Shown: positions 38,094 through 51,500 of the stretch, piece after piece
Layout of the letters: each line of letters begins with the position of its first letter
Numbering within the stretch: the first letter of the stretch is position 1
DNA from: Lytechinus pictus
Lineage: Eukaryota
DNA: 64,000 bases
Direction of reading: 5' to 3'
Assembly: GCF_037042905.1 (NCBI RefSeq)
Contig: NC_087252.1
Location: 20,028,001-20,092,000, forward strand
Made by a program: the position numbers and the translations under genes
The notes under the pieces: generated by a model
Told to the model about the DNA's origin: nothing
Databases searched by the model: none
What the model saw: the letters and a program-made list of their open reading frames with translations, nothing else

Positions 38094-39029
38094 CTTAAGG
38101 TTACCCTTTAATCATATTTCCTTTGCTAAAGGGGTGCTCCGGGCTGAGAATATTTATTTCTAAATAAATAGAGTACAGTTTGTCTGATTTTTCTTGTCTG
38201 TTCAAATCATATTATCTTCAGCCTAGAAAACCCCTCTAAGAATTAATTTCCGTTAACACACAAAATTAATTTCCTGATAAAAAAATGAATTCTTGATCAC
38301 AAGCATGCTAAAACCTGCGATTGAATGTAAGTTCAAAAACATCAGTCGCAAATCCCAAATGCCCGCTTTCGATTCGTTGAAAATCAAGCTGCGCATGCGC
38401 ATGATTTCTAGAGTTATGTTTGATTGAAACACTTTCTGCAAATGACCTCTTGTGTGACACCCCCTACATATAGAGCTTCATTAAACGGCTAGGGCTTCCC
38501 TTTCTCTGTTATCATTATAATCACCATCAGAAGGATGTAGCACGAGTCCATCGCGAACGTTCATGGTCGTGCAATTTGAGGTGACAATTAATCTCCGATT
38601 GCCATGGCAATGGTTTATCATTTCTGATTGTGAAGCGGTGATTTCCAGATATCAACAATGATTATGGGGCTTATCTTCCGTATGGTAGTAAATGAATGGG
38701 CCATAATCATGCTGATGTATCTCTTTAATCTAAACGATTGTGATGCTAGGTTTGAAGATGGAAACAAGGTCGCAGAGCGGAAATGAGTTTTTATGAATGT
38801 TAATGAAAGTTTCGAGCTCCTTCGATGAAGAAAATGAAAAGTAACTTGGCGCCACTTTCAAATAAGAATAACGGAAATATCATTCGCCTTAGTATCTTTT
38901 ACACCGTGCCTTTTACTTCTTTATGTTTCTACTTTCACAAACAAAAAATATAAATCGATGTGAAGTAATTACCATCACAACTCAACCACCACCAAACACC
39001 TGCACCATCACCGCTAGACTGTACTAGTA

Positions 39030-39096
39030 TACTACTGCGAGCCTGATTGTATTACCTCTGCTGCTGCTGTTACTACTACCTGACTACAACTATTTC

Positions 39097-39135
<39 letters not shown>

Positions 39136-39338
39136 GTACTACTACTACTACTACTAATACTACTACTTCTGCTACTACTATTACTTCTGCTACTACTATT
39201 ACTAATATTAGTACTACTACTACTACTACTAGAACTATTACTACTATACTACTACTACAATTACTACCCATACTACTTATAATACTAATACCCCTCATGC
39301 TACTATTACAACAATTATTACTACTACTGATCCTACTT

Positions 39339-39379
<41 letters not shown>

Positions 39380-39665
39380 GCTCTTACTACTACCACTACT
39401 ACTAATGCTACTTCTACTACAACTCTTGTAACAACAACAACTACTACTATTACTACTACTACTAGTAGTAGTAGTAGAACTTCTACTTCTTCTATGACTA
39501 CTACTACTAATACTCTTACTATACTGCTGCTATACAACTACCACTTTGTCTTCTACTATTTTTTCTTTTATAATACTACTACTACTACTGCTGCAGCAAC
39601 TACATGCATCTACATTTACTGTTTCTCCTACTATACTACTATTATACTATACTGCACAACACTAT
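39030..39665. repeat. Long degenerate (ACT)n microsatellite
   Basis: Seen directly; source of the poly-V ORFs. Confidence 0.95.
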
Positions 39666-39781
39666 ATTGTCAGCACCTTTGATAATCTTAGTTTTCCACT
39701 CCAAATAAAAATTCCCTAGCGACATTCCTTTTAGCTCTCTATTTAGCATATAACTATTTTTCTTGTTTTCCCGCAACTCAC

Positions 39782-40147
39782 CAGAAACCACGTTTACACG
39801 GACAGTGAAGCCTATGTTCTCTCCTTTTGGGTGCACTACAAGCAACCACGCCTCATTGCTACTAACCGTGTACCCGTCCGTACTCGCCGGAGTATCGAGC
39901 GAAATACGGGCGACCTGGGCAGAGACCATCGTGGGATCGTCGCCTGACCCTACTGCGATGTAGGAGCGACGGGATCGCTTTGTCTCCGCCGAGAAGGCGA
40001 CGTCGGTGAACTCAAACGTGATGTGCGATCCCGGAGGACCCGTGAATCGATCGAGGGCATAGAATGTGTTTGTTCCGGGTAAGGGGGCTGGTGCGTTGTC
40101 ACTGTCGTGTATCAAAATGGGATCATCGATGCTCACACTGTATGTGG
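39782..40147 (-). CDS. Gene B exon 3: degenerate, cysteine-free CUB-like domain (122 codons)
   Basis: ttaacttgcAG acceptor and G|GTGAGT donor. 366 nt, phase 1-1. CUB-like motifs GPPGSHITFEFTDVAF, YIAVGSG, VSSNEAWL and GFTVRV. Confidence 0.85.
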
Positions 40148-43100
40148 CTGCAAGTTAAGCAGATTTAGGAATGATTTATTTTTACAATCATGACACATCA
40201 AACAATGTCAATGAAATGAAAATATTAATGAGAGTAATGCTATGTATAACGATTTATTAAGGGAAAAGTAGTGACAAGAATGATGAGGACTGTAGGACGA
40301 CGAGGAGGAGAAGAAGAATAAGAATGACGACAAAAAGAGAAGAAAGGGAAGTATAAGAAGAAGAAAAAAAGAAGAAGAAGGAAAAGTAGAAGAAGAAGGA
40401 GGAGGATATGATGGAGGAGGAGAAGAACGAGAGAAAGAAGAAGAATGGGGAAGGTGAAGAGGAGGATTGTGAGAACATGAACTTTCTTAATGAACGATAA
40501 TCAATGGGGATCACCTTGTAGCAAAGCAGTATACGAAGTGTCTATACCAATTGTTATTTCAAAGAAGAATTTAATTTACGTCAGTAAACATTAAAAACAG
40601 ACTTTGCTCTTATTCCCTTTTGATATGTGACTTCGGGCTCGAACAACGTATCACAAGAGGATGCAATCTCATTAATGTTCTTTGTATGGGTTTAGCAGGA
40701 TATTACATAAGGTTTTTTTTTTCTGATATGTCCGTTAAATTGCTCTCATGCCTAGAGTATGGAGCGCTAGATTGTGACCTCGTGGTATTACCTGAAATCT
40801 AAAGCCAAGCCCCCCCTAAAAAGGGGGAAAATATCAAGTAGATGTGAACAAATACGGGGGGGGGGGGGATCAGACAAGCATAGTGCTGAAAATCCCATTA
40901 AAATTTGCTCATTTTTGGCATTTTTAAAATGAAACTCACAACCAAATCTTTATCCGAATTGGGAAACGATAATATCACACTCCCTTTTATTTTTCAAAGG
41001 AATATGTAAATTTAAAAAAATGCAAATTCTAGAACACCTTCCCAGTGTTAGAGTGAAATATCCTATTGATGATTTAATGTGTTTCGTGAGGTAACATTAC
41101 CAGGTTTTGATATTGTGTCCCCCCTACTATTTTGAGTAGGGGGACACGTCCCCCCTGGGATTTCCGCCTATGATTGCAGGAAAGTATAATATAGTTTATA
41201 TTTTACATGGGAAGATGCGAATGAAAATGGGAAGGTGTGCGTGTGTAACACACTCGATCAGCACATCACTGTTTTGCTCCAATATGGAAAGAAAAACCTT
41301 TTAAAATGCCATAAATTCCTTATTTTTACATCTGAGTCCAATAAAAAAAAATTTAGAACACGGTAATATATAATTTGAATGTAATAAAAAAAGAGGGCTC
41401 ACACAATAAATGACGCTTTTTGTTCTTAAGTTATTTCTAAGATATGCTTGTACCTTGCAAACAGTTTATGGAATCGACCTCAAGATGGAAAGACACATTT
41501 TGACCTCGTTACCTCATCAATATTAACCTTGTTTCTGTCTCTAATAATTCCATGTCAATTTGAAGACTATAATTCGAAAAGCTGCTGAATGTACTTCTGA
41601 GGAAAATCGAGTTATTTAACTCATAGTGTGCTTAATCAGCCAACTCTTCTTCGAACATCAAAATATAAATATATAAATTTCAATATCAATCAAGAGCAAT
41701 TACGAAAAAAAGATTGATAATTTGAATTTTCCAAGAAGCAAGTATGCAAAAAGGTAAACGAATGTTGTTGTTGCTGTTGTCGTTTTTTTTTGCAATATCA
41801 AAAGGGGATCTAGCACCTTGTGAAATCATTTTCTTCCCATACGTACGTCCAAGGGATGTTATCACTTAAAAGGAAGTCCCCTCACACAACATAGAAAGAA
41901 GCCTTCCCCACATGCACTAAGAATAACCCCATTATATAAATAATTCAATATTATCTGACCAAACAGTAACAAACAAAACAAAAACAAATTCTACATTGAC
42001 CCAGTAATTCCAGGAGTAGAAACACCTGCTCTGCGCCCCAATCAGGCTTCCAGGTATGGACCTTAATGGATTTATGTCGCCAAACCCCGCTGGTGGAAAT
42101 CCTCCTTAACGCTGGAGTACCAGCAAACTTTGCTAATTGAGGACGGAATGAGGGTAAGAAAGGGGTGCTTGAAATCATAATTTTCTGTCAGAATGAGTTA
42201 TATGATTGTTTTGGTAATACAAGGTACAAGATGTTTTATTTTGTATTCGCAACATGAACATTTACGAAGAAATTTGTTTTTCAGTGGTATATATACAGAT
42301 AATAGTCATGCATGAACAAATCAAAAAAACTAATAAATTACTCAGGTGGAAATATATCAAGCAGAATGATGGTACATTTACCAAAGTTTGTGTCGTGCAA
42401 AATACTTATAATAACTTATTATAACTATTTTATTTTTTTTATTATTATCGTTATCTTTATTATCATTATTATTATTGTCATTATGGTAAGGGTGGTGTGT
42501 GTATGTGTTGGAGGAACTGTGGATATACAATGCTGCAGTAAACCATGGTGGAAAATGAGGACACAGACAAAATTTTCACATTGTTGAGGACACAAACTAC
42601 ACTTCCTCAGTACGCGCCTATGCGGGCCAATTGCAAATGGTTTCAAAACATAATATAGGTGTACCCTTAACGAGTCCTCGATTCGCAATGGTTCTCATCG
42701 ACTGAAAAGTAAAAGTTCATATTGCCCCTCTGTGCATGAGATTTCTAACTTCATGATTATACAAAAGTCCTCGGTTATGCGGCGATTTAACGTAATTGTG
42801 TGTGTATAGGAAAGTGAGTGTGTTGGTAATAGCATGCAGATTCCGCGTGCGTCACCACCTTTAGGTATACAGGGATTATTGCAGGGAGTTATCAGAGCAA
42901 TTTTACACTCTTCTATAGTTTACTCGCAGGTCTCTTTCTTTAAAACGTTGAAAACGAATGACGTTGGGTGAAAAAAAACACAAGCAGAGGACAAGATTTC
43001 TTTCCTCGGCCGACAATCATTTCAGTCACTGCACATTTTTATTTAAATATCAATATTTGAGATTTTAACCCATGATATTTCTTTTTCGAATTATTTTGAA

Positions 43101-43639
43101 TTTATTAAAACCTTATTCCCCGTTGAAGACACCTCAGACTTCGGTTTTTAAAGGTGAAACTAGTTACATATGACAGAATACATGAAGAAAAAACATACTT
43201 TGACATTATGTGCAGCATCACTCTTTGTTGGTAGGGTCATCTACCTGTGTTAATAAATCTTGTTTACTTTTTTTTAATTTTGCTTGAATTCAATCAAACC
43301 TAACTCGTTTATTTTTTTATGTATGCATGTCAAGATTTAGCAATGAAATAAGATTGTCTCCTTCGAGATTACCTTTACTCGTGTGAAACCGCCTTAGGAG
43401 GTGCGTGTATAATGACCATAGCTGTATTTAAGTGATTATCTTCCAATGGACCGGTTTTATTTTTCAGCTTATGTGCATCCCCACTCATTTTTAATCACGG
43501 CGGTATACCCGAGGGTCGTCGTGACGATCTCACTTGGTCCCACTAAGAAACGGGTGTTTTTGACCCTCTGCACAAATAGGCCTTCATTACCATTACGAGC
43601 TGCGTGTGATTGCGTTCCAACACTTGAAAAAATACGGTT

Positions 43640-46429
43640 TAGTCCAGGATAGGCCCCATAGAGAATTGATCAAACCTTGTTTTTTTATATATACAATATT
43701 TTTTGATGGTTTCTTGTCAATTCGAGGGTGCTGATTACGAATCTGGATGATGCCACTCGTGTAACCTTGAGCATTTTCCCCAAATTGGCAAAATCCAATA
43801 TGGCCGCCAAAATATGCAAATTACCCATGAAAATCATAAAATCGTCCGCCCATTGGCTATGAAATGCATGAAATTGTGTGGCAGGAGTGAAATACTCTCT
43901 GAAAAAATAATTTTGACAAAATATTTATTTTCCTGATATTCAAAATGGCCGCCATAGGCCATTCTATACTCTATTATGTACAATATGAATAGGGAAAACT
44001 AATTTTCACACAAATGAGCACTAAACTGCAAAAATCGCGATGTATGAACGAAGTAATATATGCAAATCATCATTACTAACGAAAAATTATCATTTATCAT
44101 GTCATATATTAGAACATTGCTGTATTTTGATGTCTAAAATAGCCGCCACTGGCCCAAAGAGTATTATGAATAATGGCAATCATATGGCCGGGGCCAAAAA
44201 AATGACAAGAGTGAACACTAAATTGCATATTATTAAGATAAACGACATGAACGAGTGGAATACTGACTAAAAACATCATTGTTAATATGCATGTGATTAA
44301 TGCTGTATTTTGACATTCAAAATGGCTGCCATAGGCCCTATATTTATCATGTACAATGCGAATGGAGAAACTAATTTTCACACGAGTAGAAAAATAAAAT
44401 GCATGTAATTGTGATCTACGAGTAAAATATTGTCTGACAACATGTATCATTGCAAGACATATCATTTCTTTTGTCATGCATGAGATAAATGATGTATTAT
44501 GAAATTAAAAAAAGCCCCTGTAGGCCCTAACAGTATTATCTACTATGTGAATGGTAAGAATTTGGATTTGCTTGACTATAACATCCATATAATCCTGTTG
44601 TATGAGTAAAATGTTATTTGAAAACATATTTTTTAATATAAATTATAGCATTTCTTCTGCCATATAGTTGATAACTACTGTATTTTGACATTCAAAATAA
44701 CCTCTACCATGTCTACAAGCCCTAACTAAGTTATGTAACATGCAAACAGGGAAACTAATTTTCACAAGAGTGAGAATCATAAAATGCATATAACTGTGAT
44801 GTACGAGTAAAAATATTGTCTTAAACATGATTTCTAACTAAATACATCACATAAATTATTGGTCGTGGAGGTAATAAATGCTGTACTTTGAAATTCAAAA
44901 TGGCTGCCATAGGTCCTAAAAGTATTGTGTACATTGTAACATGGGACATATGATTTTGACAGAATTTGGCTTTGTTAGACTCTAAATATTGCACATAATT
45001 GTGATCTAAGGGTGAATTATTGTCTAAAGCCGTGGTTTCTAACGAGATATATCATAATGCTGTGTAATTTTTGTGATAAATGCTGCATTTTTTAAATTGA
45101 AAATGGCCAACAATGGCCCTTATCGTATAATATACAATTTGAGTGGAGACAAATAATGTTCACAAAAAGGGCATATGGGCAGCCATTTTGAATGTCAAAA
45201 TACAGTATTTATCACCTAAATTACATAAGATATGATATATTTTGTTATAAATCATGTTTTCAGACAATATTTCACTCATACATCACCATTTGGCCAAGCA
45301 AAGCCAAATTCTGTTGAAATGATTTGTTCCCATTCACATTGTGCATAATACCGCAAGGGCCTGTAGCGGCCATTTTGACTTAAAAATAACAGTATTTATC
45401 ACCTAACTGGCAGAATAAATGATATATCTTAATAGAAATTATGCTTTCAGACAATGTATTACTCATAGATCACTATTACGTGCATTTATGGTGCTCACTC
45501 CTGTGAATATTCGTTTCCCACTTTGCATTGTACATAATACAGTCAATGTCTATGGCGGCCATTTTGAAAGAAAAAATACAGTATTTAACACAAACTTGAA
45601 ACCTGAATGATATATTTCGTTAAAAAATACGTTTTTAGAAAGTATCCCCTTAATTTATTACATATATATATGCATTTTAGTGCTCACTCTTGTGATTTCT
45701 TTGCTCCTCTTTCTCATTGTGCATAATACTTTTAGGGCCATTGGCAGCGATTTTGAATATCAAAATACAACATTCATCACATACATAGCTTACTAATAAT
45801 ATATTTCGTTAACAATTATGTTTTTAGTCAGTATTCCACTCGTTTTATCTTCATAATAAGCATTTTAGTGATCACCCTTGTGAATTTTTTGGCCCCCATT
45901 GCCATTGTACGCAATACCGTTTGGGCCAGTGGCGGCTATTTTAGATATCAAAATACAGCAATGTTCCCATATATGACATAATAAATGATATATCTCGTTA
46001 GTAATGATGATTGGCATATATTACTTCGTTCATACATCTCGATTTTTTTGCAGTTTAGTGCCCATTTTTGTGAAAATTAGTTTTCCCTATTCATATTCTA
46101 CATAATAGAGTATACAAGGGCCTATGGCGGCCATTTTGAATATTAGGAAAATAAATATTTTGTCAAAAATTATTTTTTCAGAGAGTATTTCACTCCTGCC
46201 ACACAATTTCATGCATTTCATAGCCAATGTGCAGACAATTTTATGATTTTCATGGGCAATTTGCATATTTTGGCGGCCATATTGGATTTTGCCAACTTGC
46301 GGGAAATGCTTAAGGTTACACGAGTGGCATCATTCAGATTCGTAATCAGCACCCTCGAATTGACAAGAAACCATCAAAAAATATTGTATATACAAAAAAA
46401 CAAGGTTATGCCTCTTCTATCCTGGACTA
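43640..46429. mobile_element. Non-autonomous Academ-like foldback element (2.8 kb) in gene B intron 2
   Basis: TAGTCCAGGATAG ... CTATCCTGGACTA ends, 3-bp TSD GTT, inverted arms over 600 bp, and ~190-bp internal repeats with CAAAATGGCNGCC. Confidence 0.8.
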
Positions 46430-47528
46430 GTTCTGAATACCAAACACATAGAAGACCTGGCAATTTTACTTTCAGGCATATTTTTCTAGGCTACTGCTTT
46501 GAAGCAATATCGATGTAAGAAGAAAAAATTGCAAAATTTTATTTTCATTTGATATCCATTTTTTTCTAATTTTCAACAAAATACAAATGAAGTAAATACT
46601 GTCGACTCAATAAGATTGTGTAATCATTACGGTTGAAATAAATATCTTTGTACGGATATGAAACCGATAACAGAACCTTGTAATTTATATTTTGTGAAAA
46701 TTCAGGGGCCTAAAAGCAAAGCCTTTATTTCGTTGGCTACTCATTATAGTAGAGGTAGTTCAAAATAATATTTATGTTAACAAAACACCTATCAAGCCAA
46801 CGGAGATAAAGAAAGTAATTGCATGAAAAACGGAAAGGCGCGAAATTAAAGTGATACGAAAGAGGGGAGAAATAAAGAATGACGTTGTACAAGAAACGAA
46901 AAGATGAGAACTTTATATAGATTAAATATTACAAAAGTAAAAGTAAAGACAAAAGATAAATGTAATAAGGGCACAATATCATCGAAAATCTTAATCTAAA
47001 AAATGATTTGAAGTAGGCTTGGTTTCTGCGATTCTAGCACCAGAACATCAGTAAATAACATATCCTTATTTCACATCCGATCAATATTTACAGGCAAGAT
47101 TTAAAGGGGAAGTTTACCCCAAGAATAGTTTGTTGTAAAACTGCCAGAAAGAAAAACATATACTGGTGAGGGGTTAAGGAAAATCCATCAAAGATTAAAA
47201 AGGTTATTAGAATTTCAAGTTTTTGATTTGTGACGGTATTTACGGGCAGCTGCTCCATATGTTATTAAAATAAGATACATATATTTCACTTTTTAAATGG
47301 TTCATGATGACCTTCTTTATTTTTCAGCAGCAGGTGTAAAATAATTTTTCTGCTGATATACTGAAGATTCAATATAAAAAAAAATCAATTTATTGAGAAA
47401 ATGACATATCATTTTTTTTCTACACGATATATGGCTAAACTGCTCGCATATATCGCATATGAATAAATTACAATTCTAATAACCTTTGTAATCTTTGATG
47501 GATTTTCATCAAACCTTCATCAACATTT

Positions 47529-48354
47529 GAAGAGTTTGGTAGCAAAAGGGGTTAGGTCCACTTTGGACACTTCCTAGAAAAACCACGTTTTTTTATTCTC
47601 ACTTATTGCAATTTTCTTATGAGAAACTAAATTGTCATGATGTACTACCCTATCATGTGAACATAAAATTGGGTATAAAAGAAATCTACCTGTCTTCAGT
47701 TTTTTTCTATACATTCTTTTACAAATTATCATTATGGACCTAACCCCTTTCGCAGGCACACTGAAATGAATCTAATCTATTTTGATTAAAAAGTGATTTT
47801 CTCTGCCACTTTTATTCGCGTTTTCATGTGAATTTCAAATTTTCTTTGTTTTCATTAGAGCGACTAAAATTTTTGAGATTTTGCGACAGAAAACAATGAA
47901 ATTTATGAACAATGGACCTAACCCCTTTTGAAAAATTAGCTCTTCAGAAGGGTTTGTTTGCAAAAGGGGTTAGGTCCACTCCAAGAAAATCATTTTTGTT
48001 TTGTTATTCTCCCATATTGCAATATTCTTATGCGAAACTAAATTTTCATGATACCCTACCATGAGAACATAAAATTTGGTATAAAAGAACTCTACCTGTC
48101 TTCATATTTTTTCAAATATTCTTTTCCAAAAAAAAATCGGTGTGGACCTAACCCCTTTTGCAACTAAACTGAAATGGACCTAACCCCTTTGAAAAAAGGG
48201 TGATTTTTCTTTGCCATTTTAGATCACTTTTTAATGGGAATTTCAACTTTTCTTTGGTTTTTAATCTTCTAGAGCTACTAAAAATCTATACATTGAGAAA
48301 AAAAAATCAAATTTGATGAAAAATTGACCTAACCCCTTTGCAAGTGAGCTCTTC
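47529..48354. mobile_element. Tandem pair of Sola1-like MITEs nested in a Kolobok-type MITE (47105-48417)
   Basis: ATTT|GAAGAG ... CTCTTC-a-GAAGGG ... CTCTTC|ATTT. Both units are homologous to 13101-13486. Confidence 0.75.
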
Positions 48355-48466
48355 ATTTTTAATTTTTGTTTCTGCTATTTTTATGATATTTTTTTTTGTC
48401 GGGGTTGATTTCCCCTTATCTTATGTGATAATGGAAATGACGTGTTATGCAATATAAGGAACTTAC

Positions 48467-48598
48467 ATGTGAATCGAGAGCGATGGCAGATCTCCTCGAC
48501 CTCATCCTCACCACCGGGGCAGTCTCGCCTGAAATCGCATACAAGTTGTGGCTTGATACACGGGGAGTCAAGTTGGCCAGGGGAACACTTGAAGCAAT
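48467..48598 (-). CDS. Gene B exon 2: LDL-receptor class A repeat 1 (NCFKCSPGQLDSPCIKPQLVCDFRRDCPGGEDEVEEICHRSRFT)
   Basis: ttctcttccaacAG acceptor and T|GTAAGT donor. 132 nt, phase 1-1. Six Cys with the CD-x3-DC-x3-EDE pattern. Confidence 0.92.
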
Positions 48599-51139
48599 CT
48601 GTTGGAAGAGAATTATGTAAATGAGAAGTTGACTCGATTATCAATCGTTGAAAACATTTTAGATAGGGCACCACCCATCAATATCGAAGACGAAGATAAA
48701 GAACAGCAAAAAAAAAAAAAGAAGGGTAGAAGAAGAAAAGGAAGAAAAAAAAATTGCGGACGGAATTTGTGACCGGCATGAGAGACAAAGCAATTTTAAT
48801 TCAAGTTATGTTGCATTACCATAGAATTTCATAATTTAGTCAATCACCCTTCAAAGGCTTCATATTTTCTATTTCCGAAATATTTTCTGTTCAAACCTTA
48901 CACATCGTACGATTAAAAAATGCTAGAGTGTTCAATATTTTCACATTGTAGGTCTAGGCTGTATAAAAGCCAAGTACATTGCCAAGTTCCGAGGGCCAAA
49001 AGAAAAGGAATGTGTGCAAAATCCATAGCTTATAAGAAGCTAGTGAGGTTTTTTTTCAGAAAAGCAAGATATATTCTGTAGTTCTGGGCAAGCAAGTTTG
49101 TGAAAAACTTATGAAATGAACTTGCAGGAAAAATATATTAAGGTTATTAGCTTTCGCAGCGACGTGTCCAATTTGTTGAAGATTTATAAATGATAACAAA
49201 GATATGCTGTCAAATCCACACTGAACTCATTTCTTGTTGATGTAAAAGTGGGATATTCTTTTTTTATAGACATATCTCTACCCTTGATATCTTAATAACA
49301 AAAATATCTCCATTAGAAATTTGTTTTTCTCTCACCTCTGATAACTTGCATATTTACTTATGTATGGATAAGAGCGAACTTTTATTAGAAATATCACAAC
49401 ATCGTCATAGTTGTTCAAATGTATCATGTTATTATCAAGTTATCTGACAAAACTTCATCTCTGCTTCGTATAATAACCTACTGCAGTTGTGGATTATGTT
49501 CACTTATTTTTTAGATGTATTAATCTCAGAATAATGTTTTGCAGTGAAATTTTGAACCCGAGGGTTTCACCTTCATAAGAGTTGGAATGATAGCTCATTC
49601 ATAGAGTGGGGAATTCGGATAAAAGTGCCCCGGGGTTCGATTCCCACTTGATGCACTAGTGCCCTTTAAAACCATTTATCCTCATTACACCCTAAAAAGT
49701 ATTGGGTAAAAGTGCTACAAGAGGGTAATTATGTGTCCAACCAACATTGGGCATTTCTTTTGGGCATTTTTATCTATCGAGTGTGATGAAAATTTTTACA
49801 AAAAAATTGCTGCTTATTTTTAACATTACTTTACGATATGCTTCCCGCGTTTTATGAAATACTGCCCAAAATTGGATGGACAAATAATTACCCTCGTGCT
49901 GGTTAAAATTTTACCCAATGTTTGTTTACACTGTACCAGCTTCATCAGAGTGAACCCCAAGCCTTTGGTTATATTCAAACATTCGTGCTCTTTTAGCAAT
50001 CTTCTTCATCATCATTTTGTCGTATTACACGCCCATTCCCCCCAAAAGGTGGCACTCCTTTAATACACAGATGACATAAGGACTAAATGCCACGAAGACG
50101 TAAAATAAATCTCAAATACTAAAACTGGGGAAACAGATAAAAGAAAATCATAAGTCGAGGTTTCCAGCGAATTGCAGGTGACCTCTTTCTTGCTTTTGCT
50201 TTCTCACTCTAAAAACACCGAGTAAAAAATTATCCAATATTGGGTAGAAAGGGAACAACATGCATGTTTGATTGGTATTTTTTCTACCCTATATTTGGCT
50301 ATTTCAACGCAACATTGCTGCGTAAAATTTACAAAATATATATCTTTTTACCCAACCAACATGCATGTTCCCATTTTCCTCCAATATTGGGTAATTTTTT
50401 TTTAGAGTGTAGGATTGTTACCATGGCGGGTTCCATGGTTACAAGACGAATGTCAGCCCATTTCCCTTTCTTATATTCACCTGTCACGTTTGATATGCAT
50501 CAAAGTAGAAGAGTCTCTTTGTTTTCCAATAGATACATCGGTACCGGTAGAATTTTTACGAAATGTGTTCTCTGTAAGGTTTTTAAAGCTTTATCAAATC
50601 CTTGAATTTGATTGGCTGAGAACAGGTAGTCAGTAAAAAAAATTCTGAAAACTATTTTCATGAAATGCTCCCCTGAAGACATGCGACACCATTTTCTCGT
50701 AAAATTCCAAGAAGTGTTCATTCCTACTTGTTAAAACCCCTTTTCATTTGATGAAAATTCTGAAGAAAATATCAACGTATTTAGGCGACACAATTTTCTT
50801 CCAATATCTGTGTGCCTGCTCTTTCTCAAATCATTTGGCCTCCTGGTTTAGTTCAACCATGTGAAAATAAAAATCTAAGAATTACGCAATTAAAACATTA
50901 CCAAAATCGTGTATTTGCTTGTATTAAGATTGATAAGCCCGAAAATATTTGTGTAGATACGTATTTTGCTGGCACAGTGTGAAAACTTAAGAACAAAAGA
51001 GCCTTTCAAGTTTAATATAATGCAGCGTGTTTCTGCTCTTACTCCAAGTGGCAAGAAATATTTTTTTGAATAGCCCCCCCCCCCCCCCCCTCCAAAGAAA
51101 AATGACGAAACACTCAAGAACATTTTTATTCTTACTTAC

Positions 51140-51257
51140 TGGCCTTAAGATTACTTGGCTTTCGTCTCGGGCTAGCCTTCGGTCGTGCCCCCGAGATGAG
51201 GGCTACCAACCCTAGAACCAACACAACAGAAATCAGAGATGACATGGTGATCTTCAT
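51140..51257 (-). CDS. Gene B exon 1: signal peptide and basic linker (MKITMSSLISVVLVLGLVALISGARPKASPRRKPSNLKA)
   Basis: aagATG start (alternative ATG at 51245), hydrophobic h-region ending ISG/A, donor A|GTAAGT in phase 1. Confidence 0.85.
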
Positions 51258-51404
51258 CTTCTTCCAAATTCTTGGACTGCCAAGCGAGATGACTGAAATC
51301 TGTTTAGAAACAGAAATGAAAGCCGAATTTGACGGACCACCCTGACTTTGCACTCGACGTCGATCAAACTGCGATCACCGGTGATGAGGGGCGGGGGATG
51401 ATAC

Positions 51405-51500
51405 TGGTAATGATCACAGCAGTCTTCATTCTTATACCAACTTTTAGATAGTCTGCGCGCGCATTCTTATTTAACTCTTTATTTTGTATTGTCCAATCAG
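51405..51500 (-). promoter_or_regulatory. Candidate core promoter of gene B
   Basis: TATAAGAA on the minus strand (51436-51429), Inr-like TCATTAC/CCAGTAT about 26-32 nt downstream, and a CCAAT box at 51493-51497. Confidence 0.4.

Noticed and set aside
38598..38611. Perfect palindrome ATTGCCATGGCAAT resembling an RFX X-box
   Set aside because: A single intronic motif with no supporting context; it could be chance.
41951..42178. ORF with an acceptor-like site as an extra gene B exon
   Set aside because: It has no good phase-1 donor and no recognisable domain. Exons 2 and 3 join in frame without it.
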